A DNA stretch of 23,739 nt from Promethearchaeota archaeon. Its GTDB lineage: Archaea; Asgardarchaeota; Lokiarchaeia; Sigyniarchaeales; SOKP01. The notes beneath the pieces were generated by a model. The model was not told the DNA's origin. It saw nothing but the letters and a program-made list of their open reading frames with translations, and made no database searches. A program made the position numbers and the translations under genes. Shown one piece after another: positions 1-8,704 of this stretch (positions within the stretch are counted from its first letter, which is position 1; each line of letters starts with the position of its first letter). The stretch lies in assembly GCA_048938445.1 (NCBI GenBank), contig JBHLME010000067.1:1-23739 (forward strand). The letters are read 5' to 3'.

Positions 1-2
1 TT

Positions 3-746
3 CATGGTGCGATGTGCACTTCTATTAGTGGAAGATGTTATTTATCTGCTACTATATGCGATTCTGAAGAATTTTCTGCAAATCGAGGTACATGTATTCA
101 ACCCTGCAGGAGAAAGTGGAAAGTTATTGATGATGCAAGTAATGAATTACTATATGACGGTCAAAGGTTTATCAATTCAAAGGATTTATGCATGATTAAA
201 CATGTTCCTGAGCTTATAGAAGCAAGAATTAATGCATTTAAAATTGAAGGACGAATGAAAGATGCATTTTATGTTAAAACTGTAGCAAGTTGTTATCGAG
301 AAGCAATAGATCATTATAAAAATGGAACCTTTAGCAAAGATAAGGTCAAAGAATGGATAAATAGATTAACTAAGGTTTATAATCGAGGTTTTCATACTGG
401 ATTTTATTTTCACAGGCCAACTATTGAAGACGTAGAATTAATTCTTGGAGGCAATGTTTCTCCTTGGCGAACACAATATCTTGGTAAAATTTTATCATTT
501 GATGATATGAGCATGACGGCAAATGTCTTGATTGAAAATAGAACCATTCCTATAACGAATGGAAGCGAAATTATTATAAGAGGAAATGATACATATCATA
601 TTGATACCGTAAAAAAAATATATGTAAAAGGAAAAAAGGTAGAGAAAATAATACGAAATAAGGGGGATAAATCGCAAATAATAAACATTCGCCTTGAAAA
701 TAAAGTAGAATCCAATGAAAAAATATATATCCTCACCAAAGAATAG
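3..746 (+). CDS. Peptidase U32 family protein (TrhP/RlhA-like Fe-S RNA hydroxylation family), 5'-truncated by window edge
   Basis: Frame is open from base 3: HGAMCTSISGRCYLS...NRGTCIQPCR...SKDLCMI...KIEGRMK, which are U32 signature motifs with conserved Cys. C-terminal beta-barrel-like region. Confidence 0.88.
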   Translation, partial: HGAMCTSISGRCYLSATICDSEEFSANRGTCIQPCRRKWKVIDDASNELLYDGQRFINSKDLCMIKHVPELIEARINAFKIEGRMKDAFYVKTVASCYREAIDHYKNGTFSKDKVKEWINRLTKVYNRGFHTGFYFHRPTIEDVELILGGNVSPWRTQYLGKILSFDDMSMTANVLIENRTIPITNGSEIIIRGNDTYHIDTVKKIYVKGKKVEKIIRNKGDKSQIINIRLENKVESNEKIYILTKE

Positions 747-792
747 CCCTATTAACTAGAGTTATTTCAAAAGAGAAAATACATGATTCAAG

Positions 793-1464
793 ATGAGTTT
801 TGAAGAAAAACGGAAAGAATTAATTGAAAATCTCAAAAAAAGGGGCATTTTATCTAAAAATGATGTAATAAATGCGATGTTAAAGGTACCTCGACACTTG
901 TTCGTGCCTGAAAAAGCTGTATCTTCTGCATATATAGATTCTCCACTTTCAATTGGACTAAATCAAACAATAAGTGCTCCTCATATGAATGCCATGATGT
1001 GTGAGTATCTTGAATTAAAAGAGGGTGATAAAGTATTAGAAATAGGAACTGGTTCAGGCTATCATGCGGCATTATGTGCAGAACTAGTTGCTCCTGAAGG
1101 TTCTATAAATCCTGGACACATTTATACAATTGAGCGCCATAAAGAGTTAGTTGAAAAAGCTCGAAATAGCTTAAAGGAGACGGGGTATGATAACCGGGTA
1201 ACAATAATTTATGGTGATGGAACCTTGGGATATCCAAAAGAGGCACCCTACGATAAAATATTAGTAACCGCCGCTTCCCCGGAAAAAGTACCTCAACCTT
1301 TTAAAGATCAACTAAAGAATGGTGGTCTTCTTTGTATTCCAGCAGGTTCAAAAAATTTTGGACAGACATTATATATCGTTAAAAAGGATGGAAATAGCTA
1401 TGAAATAGAAAAAAAATGTGGTGTAAGATTTGTCCCTTTAATAGGAGAACATGGATTTAAGTGA
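793..1464 (+). CDS. pcm: Protein-L-isoaspartate (D-aspartate) O-methyltransferase
   Basis: VPRHLFV, QTISAPHM, SAM motif VLEIGTGSGY, APYDKILVTAA, C-terminal VRFVPLIG. Confidence 0.96.
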   Translation: MSFEEKRKELIENLKKRGILSKNDVINAMLKVPRHLFVPEKAVSSAYIDSPLSIGLNQTISAPHMNAMMCEYLELKEGDKVLEIGTGSGYHAALCAELVAPEGSINPGHIYTIERHKELVEKARNSLKETGYDNRVTIIYGDGTLGYPKEAPYDKILVTAASPEKVPQPFKDQLKNGGLLCIPAGSKNFGQTLYIVKKDGNSYEIEKKCGVRFVPLIGEHGFK

Positions 1465-1466
1465 TA

Positions 1467-1634
1467 TTAATTGTCAAGTATCTGCTTGCACTTTTTTTTC
1501 ATTAACTTGGCTCTTATCTCTTTTACAAAAGCATTTCTCCTTATTTCTTCCTTAAGTTCTTCGTCACAACCATTCCAACAATCATATTTTTTTGATGGAT
1601 AACAAGCAGACATTTTTTTTTCCTCCATATTCAT
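1467..1634 (-). CDS. Small basic hypothetical protein (55 aa; alternative ATGs at 1628 and 1613), paralog of 1773..1937
   Basis: Manual translation MNMEEKKMSACYPSKKYDCWNGCDEELKEEIRRNAFVKEIRAKLMKKKCKQILDN*. Ungapped similarity to the neighbouring small ORF; converges on the pcm stop. Confidence 0.7.
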   Translation of the reverse strand: MNMEEKKMSACYPSKKYDCWNGCDEELKEEIRRNAFVKEIRAKLMKKKCKQILDN

Positions 1635-1772
1635 TAATCGTTTTCTTAATCCATATAATGTAAAAAAAATGAATTATATGTAATTTTGTATTATAAAATA
1701 TAAAATTAAGCGAGAAAGAATATTAAGAAAATAAGGAATATACAATTATTTTTTATTAAAAAATATTAAAAT

Positions 1773-1937
1773 TTATTCTCCATTAAAGGTTGAATACTTT
1801 GATCTTTGTTTATCAATCTTTGCTTTGACTAATTTTTTGCGTATATTTTTCACATGCTCATTTTTTTGAAATATTTCTCGTGTCGATTTGTTGCTATAGA
1901 TCCAGTTGCCTTTTTCTGCAGTGTTTTTATATGTCAT
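1773..1937 (-). CDS. Small basic hypothetical protein (54 aa), paralog of 1467..1634
   Basis: Manual translation MTYKNTAEKGNWIYSNKSTREIFQKNEHVKNIRKKLVKAKIDKQRSKYSTFNGE*. TATA-like CTTTATATAA upstream (~1986-1995, minus strand). Confidence 0.7.
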   Translation of the reverse strand: MTYKNTAEKGNWIYSNKSTREIFQKNEHVKNIRKKLVKAKIDKQRSKYSTFNGE

Positions 1938-2048
1938 CGTATTCAGAATAAAAGCATGTACTTTAACTATACATAGTATTTTGAATTATATAAAGCTAGC
2001 ATATTTCGACAAAATTGCTAACCTTATACAAGATTGTAAAAAATATTT

Positions 2049-4226
2049 TTAATAAAATTGAAGTTTCAATTCAATTTCAAAACTTTTCGTAAGTTTTATC
2101 ATTGGAATCACATTGACACCTTGATATATTTTTTTATAGCCCTCATCTGTAAAAGCATAAGCAATAATTGGAAATTTACCAATTTTTATTTGATTAGATT
2201 CACTATTAAGATCAATTTCAAAATTTAATTCATAAGTTCTATCTAATACTTTAAAATGTGAACTTGAATATAAAAATGGTTCCAGTAGATCCATATTTAA
2301 ATTTTCATCAAATTCTGACTGCTTGCTTTCCCATTGGAATTCATTTGGATTACCATTAAAGAAAAAGGGTATATCTACTGCCAAATTTAATTTCTCAATT
2401 ATTTTTCTTAATATTTCTTCATTTTCATTATTTTCCTTTAATTTTCCATTAATAGTAATAAATAATTGATTGTTTTCAACAATGATGGTTTTAGAAATAA
2501 CACAAGATACCCCCTCTCCCGATTTAAAATTTTTAATCATACCTTCTTTTTGCATTTCGATTAATGCTTTTTGACCATTAATCTCGCTCTTTATTAAAGA
2601 AAAATTTCCATCAACAAAATCTCCTAACTCTTGATAAATATCTGCTTCAATTTGCTCGATAGTAACATCATCATAAAAAATTCTAACCCGCAACATCGAT
2701 CTCCTAAAACGATCAACCATTATTTCACCTTTTTCTATTTTTTCATTATCATGGTAAGCTTCAGGCCATCTTGTTAATGTATTTAGGATATTATAAGATT
2801 TTGGTTTGAAATCAATTTCAAAAATGGTCCCTCCATTTGATGGATTTATATAAACATTAAGAATATCCGATTCTATCAAAACATCCATTTTGCTATCCTT
2901 ATTAAAATCCAATGGTTCTATTGACATGTATGAACTTTGATGAGAGACGATTAATCCATTCATCTCATCAATTAATTTTTCAGCATTAATCAAATGAGTA
3001 TATACAGAAAATCTTAAAAACTGTAAATAGACTCCACCAAACATTCCATGCCAATAACAATCATTACATTGCCCTTTATAAATTTCATCCCATGCTTCAA
3101 GAACTTTTGGTTTTAATGTTGAAATAAGAGTAAGATCCTTCAATTTCTTAATTTTAGATTCTAAGTCTAGAAGTTTTTGTCTCACATGGAGCATTTTTTT
3201 ATGCATGTTATTAGATTCTGGATATTTTACCAAAAAATATCTCCAAAATCCACCTTTAAGAAATTGATATGCTTCTTTCCAGGTTTTATATTTTTTTGTA
3301 AACTCTATTATATGGCTAAACTTCTTTCTAACATCTGTAGGAAGAACCCATTCTTCCATTTTATCATAACTTGCCGTGGGTAGATATACTAAATTTTTTG
3401 CTGGAAATTGTTCAATGTATTCTGAGGGTGTGATTGATTTTATCCATTTATTATTTTCTACTTGTTTCAGAAAAGCGGGAATGAAAGGCTTTCCATTATC
3501 ACCTTCTTGATGTCCATAGCCCTCTATATAACAAATCTGATGTGTAGTGCCCCAAACACCCATCTTTTCAGCATCAGAAATCATTAGCGCAACCCGATCA
3601 CCATTTTCGTCTGCGGCTTCTTTCAAATAATCTATCGTCATGTATGTTGGTTTCCAAGGAGTAAGATATCGTATTGGTTCATTAATAGGAAAGACCCTTA
3701 ATGTTTTCCCTTCATCTTCAGTAATGTAAGTATATAATGTTTCTTCTTGAGTAATACCACTTGACCGGAAATGATTGTCATCAACAATAACATAAGTTAA
3801 TCCTACATCACTTAGAAAAGAGGGATAATTTGGTTCCCATACCCTTTCCGATAACCAAGCACCTTTTACATCTAATCCAAATTCTTCATGGATTAAATGA
3901 GAAAGTTTTCGTATCTGAGCAATTTTATCTCGATAAGGAATGATTGAAAAAATGGGCTCATAATATCCACCTCCAATAATCTCAATTTGACCTCTGCTTG
4001 CCATTTCTTTAATTTTTTTAATTATTTCCGGTTTCTTTTTAATAAACCATTCTAACAAGTTACCAGAAAAATGGAACGTGATTTTTACATTGGGATGTTC
4101 ATAAATTGTGTTGATTAAAGGGCCATACGATTTATTAAAACAATCCTCAATAACATGCTCAAAATTGTCTACAGGTTGATGAAAATGGAAAATTATGGGT
4201 AGATGGATGCTTTTCTCTGTGATAAT
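2049..4226 (-). CDS. GH57 family 4-alpha-glucanotransferase / alpha-amylase; true start upstream of the track's TTG, probably ATT (4226) or ATC (4223)
   Basis: In-frame extension contains the GH57 region-1 motif FHFHQP and FHFSG. GGGYYEPI, nucleophile WLSERVWEP, acid/base SDAEKMGVWG, SYDKMEEW, QCNDCYWHGMFGGVY. Confidence 0.93.
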   Translation of the reverse strand: MITEKSIHLPIIFHFHQPVDNFEHVIEDCFNKSYGPLINTIYEHPNVKITFHFSGNLLEWFIKKKPEIIKKIKEMASRGQIEIIGGGYYEPIFSIIPYRDKIAQIRKLSHLIHEEFGLDVKGAWLSERVWEPNYPSFLSDVGLTYVIVDDNHFRSSGITQEETLYTYITEDEGKTLRVFPINEPIRYLTPWKPTYMTIDYLKEAADENGDRVALMISDAEKMGVWGTTHQICYIEGYGHQEGDNGKPFIPAFLKQVENNKWIKSITPSEYIEQFPAKNLVYLPTASYDKMEEWVLPTDVRKKFSHIIEFTKKYKTWKEAYQFLKGGFWRYFLVKYPESNNMHKKMLHVRQKLLDLESKIKKLKDLTLISTLKPKVLEAWDEIYKGQCNDCYWHGMFGGVYLQFLRFSVYTHLINAEKLIDEMNGLIVSHQSSYMSIEPLDFNKDSKMDVLIESDILNVYINPSNGGTIFEIDFKPKSYNILNTLTRWPEAYHDNEKIEKGEIMVDRFRRSMLRVRIFYDDVTIEQIEADIYQELGDFVDGNFSLIKSEINGQKALIEMQKEGMIKNFKSGEGVSCVISKTIIVENNQLFITINGKLKENNENEEILRKIIEKLNLAVDIPFFFNGNPNEFQWESKQSEFDENLNMDLLEPFLYSSSHFKVLDRTYELNFEIDLNSESNQIKIGKFPIIAYAFTDEGYKKIYQGVNVIPMIKLTKSFEIELKLQFY

Positions 4227-4382
4227 TTATTACACCATTGTTTAGTAATATTACAAATAAAGACTTAATGGTTTATAATTGTAATGAATAAGCAGTTTTT
4301 ATAATTCAAATATTAAGTGAATCCTACCTAATTGAGTGAAAATATCATCTTATATCCTTTATTTTTGAAGCTTTTTCAAGCA

Positions 4383-5459
4383 TTATTCTTTATTTTCTTT
4401 TATTAAGACTAAATATGGAAAGGCTTTTTGAAGTTTACCATCTAATTTTTTAAAAATGAGGTTATTATTAAAAATTGGTTGATTAAGTCTTTGAATTATA
4501 TCATCTGAAATCATTTTTGAGAAATTTTTAATTGATTTTTGAAGATAATAATTATTCCCCGATGTAATAACGATAATTATTCCATCTCTTCCCTTTAATT
4601 CCGAGAAGTACATTTTATACTCATCAACATCAAATAATTTTAATTTTGCTGAAGATCCAAGTATTTCACTTACTATCACCGAAATAGCTTTGATTGCTCC
4701 ACTTATTACTATTTTTTTTGATTCGTCTAGAGCTGGAATATTTCTCGTGGAAACATGTCGGTGATAAACAAGCAAACCTGAGCGATTAATAATATATATA
4801 TCATGTACAGGAAATGAAAGCCTGAAAATATACTCTTTATGAATAATATAATTTATTACTAATAGTGATTGCCCTATAATCCAAATATAATATCTTAAGA
4901 TAGAAAAAATTAGATCATTTGAAAAATAAAAGAGAAAACTTACCATAACGGTAATAACGGCAATTAATTCCAGCATGGTAGCATTTTCCTTCATTAGTCT
5001 ATGGGTTTTATAACAAGATTTCAATATAAAGAATGAACATATTAGAGTAAATATGATAATAGTTGAAAACCAAGTTATATAAATTTCAGGTAATTTATTA
5101 ATCACCTCTTCAAAGAGCAGAAAAGATACTGCTGTATTTAATTGCAATATGCTAAAAAGAAAAATATTAATTGTTCTTGAAGTTTTTTTTTCAGAGATAG
5201 CTTGGTAATGTAGATAAATGAAATATGTAGCATATATAAATGTAATATATGTAATTTGATTGGAATAAAAACCAATTATATTAATAAAAAATCCTAAAAA
5301 ATTTAAATGACTGCCCATTACCAGTAAAAAATAAGCAATAGTTAAGTGTATTGGTATTACTCCCTTCTTTACAATCCTCCTGTATAAAAAAACTAAAAGT
5401 ATTACAGTTACAATTGTTGATGAAACTGGTTCAGAGAGTATTGAAAAATTAAGATCTAT
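4383..5459 (-). CDS. Seven-transmembrane protein with C-terminal longin-like domain; probable non-AUG start (ATA 5459 / ATT 5462-5465)
   Basis: In-frame extension adds IDLNFSILSEPVSSTIVTVILLVFLYRR...HLTIAYFLLV, completing 7 hydrophobic segments. C-terminus DIYIINRSGLLVY...ISGAIKAISVIVSEILG...GIIIVIT fits a longin-type beta-beta-alpha-beta-beta-beta-alpha pattern. Confidence 0.75.
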   Translation of the reverse strand: MDLNFSILSEPVSSTIVTVILLVFLYRRIVKKGVIPIHLTIAYFLLVMGSHLNFLGFFINIIGFYSNQITYITFIYATYFIYLHYQAISEKKTSRTINIFLFSILQLNTAVSFLLFEEVINKLPEIYITWFSTIIIFTLICSFFILKSCYKTHRLMKENATMLELIAVITVMVSFLFYFSNDLIFSILRYYIWIIGQSLLVINYIIHKEYIFRLSFPVHDIYIINRSGLLVYHRHVSTRNIPALDESKKIVISGAIKAISVIVSEILGSSAKLKLFDVDEYKMYFSELKGRDGIIIVITSGNNYYLQKSIKNFSKMISDDIIQRLNQPIFNNNLIFKKLDGKLQKAFPYLVLIKENKE

Positions 5460-5676
5460 AATAATTCCACCACTATAATATTTGTATCTATTCCATATAT
5501 ATTCCTAATGTTAGTTTCAAAACAATTTCAAATTATAAATCTTTTTACTTATTACTATAGTTCGTATCAGTGAAAAACTATAAGTAAAATTAATAACGTT
5601 TAAAAGTTCAACAATTATATTTAATTATCAAGTTTGAAATAGAAAGAATTTAGTATAAATTTAAAACATAAAAGCA

Positions 5677-7236
5677 ATGGCAAATACAATTGATATCAAA
5701 CATGTAGAAAAAATCTTTAACACTCAAGAGTTTAAAAAGTGGCTAATCTCGAAAAGATGGTTTGGAAATAAGTTAGAATTGGTTGATTTAAAATTTATAA
5801 TTCAGATAGAATATTTTAAATCAATAGAAGAAAGGATTCTTCTTCTAATCATTAAAATCATTAAACAGAGTTATTCAAAGTCTTATTTTTTACCATTAAT
5901 CAATTATATGAATGTACATGACATTCTTGACACAATAGAAGTTGATAAGAATACCTTGCAGAATATTAAAGACCATATTTTTGAGGGTGATTTAAAATTA
6001 ATTGAGGCGGAATACTGCTTTTTTTTTTGGAAAATCATTTTACGTGATATTGAGTTAAATGAAGCATTTAAATTTCCTGAAAATTATATTTTTTCATTAC
6101 ATCAATTAGGAAAAGATAACACGACAAATCTATTATTTTCAATTGAGATAAAAAGTAAAGAATCAATTGACAAACCAGCAATAACTTATGTTTTAAAATC
6201 ATATAAGAGTTATTCTGAAAACTTAGAGATCATGAAATTGTCAATACTTAATGAAAATTACTTTCAAAATGTTCCCAAGATCCTCGATACTATAGAAATA
6301 AATGAGATTACTGTTATTTGCATAATGGAAATCGTGCCAAATATTGGTAATATCGGTGAGATTTATTGGAATGAACTCAATGATATGGTGAATGAGATTT
6401 CTAATGAAGAAAAAAATATTATTTCTCTTACAAATAGAAATAGAAGTATTAATTTAATTCATAAATTTTGTGTAGAATCCATTAAAATTTCTACATTAAT
6501 AGGAGAAGTTATCGGTAATTTATTAAAAGGATTAATAAAATCCGGAAATATTGATTTTTCGATTGAATATATTGATGCTATGGATTATTTTAGTGAACGT
6601 GCTAAAATTATAGGTTCAATTAGCTCAATTCTAATAAAAAATTCAAATCAATTAGGAAATTCTTATAAAATTTTACATTGGAATAAATCTGAATTAAATA
6701 ATAATATAGTAGGAGTCAAAAAGATTGTTAATAAATTAAAAAATGAATATAAAGAAAAAAAAATAAGAATACAACCCATACACCAAGATTTGCACATGGA
6801 ACAAATTTTATATAATAAAAATAATGGAGAATATATGTTCTATATACTTGATCTTGAGGGAGACCCTCAATTATCTATCAAAGAAAAAAAAAAGAAATTT
6901 CCCATTGAAAAAGATATTGCTTCATTTTTAAGAGCTTTAAGTTATATCAAATTGAACATGCTATTAAGTATAGTAGATAAAAGAAAAAATTTGAATTTAT
7001 CCCAAATATCTAATCAATCCGATGAATTAATACAGGGAATTCAAACCATTCTAAATATATGGGAGATTTATTTCACAGAATTAATTCTAAAAAATATAGA
7101 GGTGGACACTACATTAATGCATTTATTCACAATAGAGCGAATCCTAAATGAAATGAAATATGAACTTTTATATAGACCCAAAAAAATAATTATTCCATTA
7201 TTAGGTTTAAAAGAAATAATTACTCAAGAATATTAA
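5677..7236 (+). CDS. Maltokinase (Mak/Pep2)-like phosphotransferase, APH/kinase fold
   Basis: N-cap WLISKRWFGNK; catalytic IHQDLHMEQIL, ILDLEGDP, KDIASFLRALSY, YELLYRP..IPL. These match maltokinase motifs HGDLHLGQVL/DFEGEP/DVAGMLRS/YEL.NRP. Confidence 0.8.
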   Translation: MANTIDIKHVEKIFNTQEFKKWLISKRWFGNKLELVDLKFIIQIEYFKSIEERILLLIIKIIKQSYSKSYFLPLINYMNVHDILDTIEVDKNTLQNIKDHIFEGDLKLIEAEYCFFFWKIILRDIELNEAFKFPENYIFSLHQLGKDNTTNLLFSIEIKSKESIDKPAITYVLKSYKSYSENLEIMKLSILNENYFQNVPKILDTIEINEITVICIMEIVPNIGNIGEIYWNELNDMVNEISNEEKNIISLTNRNRSINLIHKFCVESIKISTLIGEVIGNLLKGLIKSGNIDFSIEYIDAMDYFSERAKIIGSISSILIKNSNQLGNSYKILHWNKSELNNNIVGVKKIVNKLKNEYKEKKIRIQPIHQDLHMEQILYNKNNGEYMFYILDLEGDPQLSIKEKKKKFPIEKDIASFLRALSYIKLNMLLSIVDKRKNLNLSQISNQSDELIQGIQTILNIWEIYFTELILKNIEVDTTLMHLFTIERILNEMKYELLYRPKKIIIPLLGLKEIITQEY

Positions 7237-7337
7237 CAAGTGTTTAATAATTATATTTTATTGCAAAAAATTAATTAGTAAGCCTATATTCTTGAAATTA
7301 TCTTATAATAGAAATGCTCCAATGGATTTATTCGAGT

Positions 7338-7595
7338 ATGGGTAATGAAAAACAATATAAATTGGTAATAAAATTGACAGATTATAAATTAGCTCCAATT
7401 AAAAAACTTTTAAAAAAAGTAGTTGATGAAGCTGGCACTCCGGAGTCAATATTAAGAATTGCCATGGAATTAGGGATGCTTTCTCATGAGGAACTTGATG
7501 TACTTCTTAAATTAAAACACGGTGAACAAGTTGATGCTTCTAAACGAGAGATTCTCGATATTCTCTTACAAAAGAATTTAATTCAAAAAAAATAA
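7338..7595 (+). CDS. Small hypothetical protein (possible winged-helix-like); alternative start 7314
   Basis: Protein-like helical composition; followed by a T-rich terminator-like tract. Confidence 0.65.
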   Translation: MGNEKQYKLVIKLTDYKLAPIKKLLKKVVDEAGTPESILRIAMELGMLSHEELDVLLKLKHGEQVDASKREILDILLQKNLIQKK

Positions 7596-7631
7596 TTTTT
7601 TTCTCTTTTCTATTTTTTTTTAATTCTTTCT
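7596..7631 (+). terminator. Oligo-T archaeal terminator between convergent genes
   Basis: T-runs (ttttttt...ttttttttt) immediately after the stop at 7595. Confidence 0.5.
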
Positions 7632-8243
7632 TTATTCTGAAGTTTTATTGGAAATTTTGGCAAACTCAAACGAATAATGTGTTGAATCTCTTACAATAGG
7701 ATTAACACTTTGCTTATATGATTTTCTAGCATCTTTACTTTTTGAAAGTTCTTCTTCGGTCCAAGATTTATCAAAATCTTGTTCGGTTCCCATTTTTATA
7801 AGTTGATACATGAATGCCTCTACAAACTTTTGAGGGCCAAATTTATGAGAAATTAATATATAATTTTCTCTATCAATAAACTTTGGAAATAGACCATAAT
7901 GTTCGCATAAATCCAATTTAAATTCGATATTTTCAAAATTCCCTTCGAGGCGCGCAAGATCATTAATGAATTGGGCCAATTCTATTCCAAGATCAATTTG
8001 TAGGTCTTCATCAAATTTACTGAGAATACTTTTAAAAAAACTTCGCTTTAATATCAATAAATCATTATTATTTGAAGATAAAAATGAATTTTGGTATATT
8101 AATACATATTTTATCATCTCTAGATAGTTTCTTATTAATGAAGCTTTGGTTATACTCTTTCTTTCACAAATCTCGTTTATAATGTGATCAAGATCATTAT
8201 CTATTCTTATTGTTAACACGGATTTTTCTTTTTTCGTCATCAT
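7632..8243 (-). CDS. Ribbon-helix-helix (CopG/MetJ-like) transcription regulator with C-terminal V4R-like domain
   Basis: N-terminal SVLTIRIDNDLDHIINEICERKSITKASLIRNYL is the RHH beta-alpha-alpha pattern. The C-terminal domain assignment is tentative. Confidence 0.72.
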   Translation of the reverse strand: MMTKKEKSVLTIRIDNDLDHIINEICERKSITKASLIRNYLEMIKYVLIYQNSFLSSNNNDLLILKRSFFKSILSKFDEDLQIDLGIELAQFINDLARLEGNFENIEFKLDLCEHYGLFPKFIDRENYILISHKFGPQKFVEAFMYQLIKMGTEQDFDKSWTEEELSKSKDARKSYKQSVNPIVRDSTHYSFEFAKISNKTSE

Positions 8244-8279
8244 TTTTCACTCTTATTAATTTTATATTTTCATTTTTTA

Positions 8280-8334
8280 TGTAATATTTGTAACCTTTAT
8301 CATCTATTGTAACAAAGTTAACTAAATATAAAAA
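8280..8334 (-). promoter_or_regulatory. Promoter of RHH gene with repeated TGTAAY boxes (candidate autoregulatory operator)
   Basis: TGTAAT 8280, TGTAAC 8289, TGTAAC 8308 and palindrome AGTTAACT 8316-8323, adjacent to TATA-like TTTTATATTTA (minus strand, 8323-8333). Confidence 0.4.
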
Positions 8335-8392
8335 TAATTTGATTGTTGAAAATATCAGAAAATAAAAAAATGCCTTTATTTGAGGAAGATTA

Positions 8393-8704
8393 TTAATTTA
8401 AAAACTCAAATTCTGTAAAATCTATTATATTATTTATAATATCATAGATTTTATCCATTATTTTCTCACATTCTTCTTCTGATAAAGGGAAAATTACTTC
8501 AGAAATTTTAATCATATTTAAAATGGTATTAAATTCTTTTTTTGCCTCATTTATCAACTTTTTTTCATATCCAGAAGCAATAGAACTCCTTGACATCTCA
8601 AAAAGGTTAATAAATTTAATTTTCTTTTCGATTGAAGAAATAATACCCATTTCATTTAGTTCAAATAATTCATCAGATGCTAATAATTCTGAAGTTAAAC
8701 TCAT
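8393..8704 (-). CDS. Hypothetical acidic alpha-helical protein
   Basis: 103-aa ORF with typical E/K/I-rich composition; GAGT SD-like motif upstream. Confidence 0.7.
   Translation of the reverse strand: MSLTSELLASDELFELNEMGIISSIEKKIKFINLFEMSRSSIASGYEKKLINEAKKEFNTILNMIKISEVIFPLSEEECEKIMDKIYDIINNIIDFTEFEFLN

Noticed and set aside
4-195. Short overlapping track ORFs (4..195, 495..677, 854..1072, 3177..3383)
   Set aside because: Shadow frames overlapping well-supported genes; no motifs
4227-4238. In-frame ATG GTG TAA TAA before the GH57 extension, as possible stop-codon readthrough or recoding
   Set aside because: Two consecutive TAA codons, and TAA is the usual stop in this window. The ATGGTG more simply provides the GGTG SD.
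7740-7765. WTEEEL in the RHH protein resembling the repeats of the 22191..23609 protein
   Set aside because: Single short helix-capping motif lacking the PxG and A..RG context; likely coincidental
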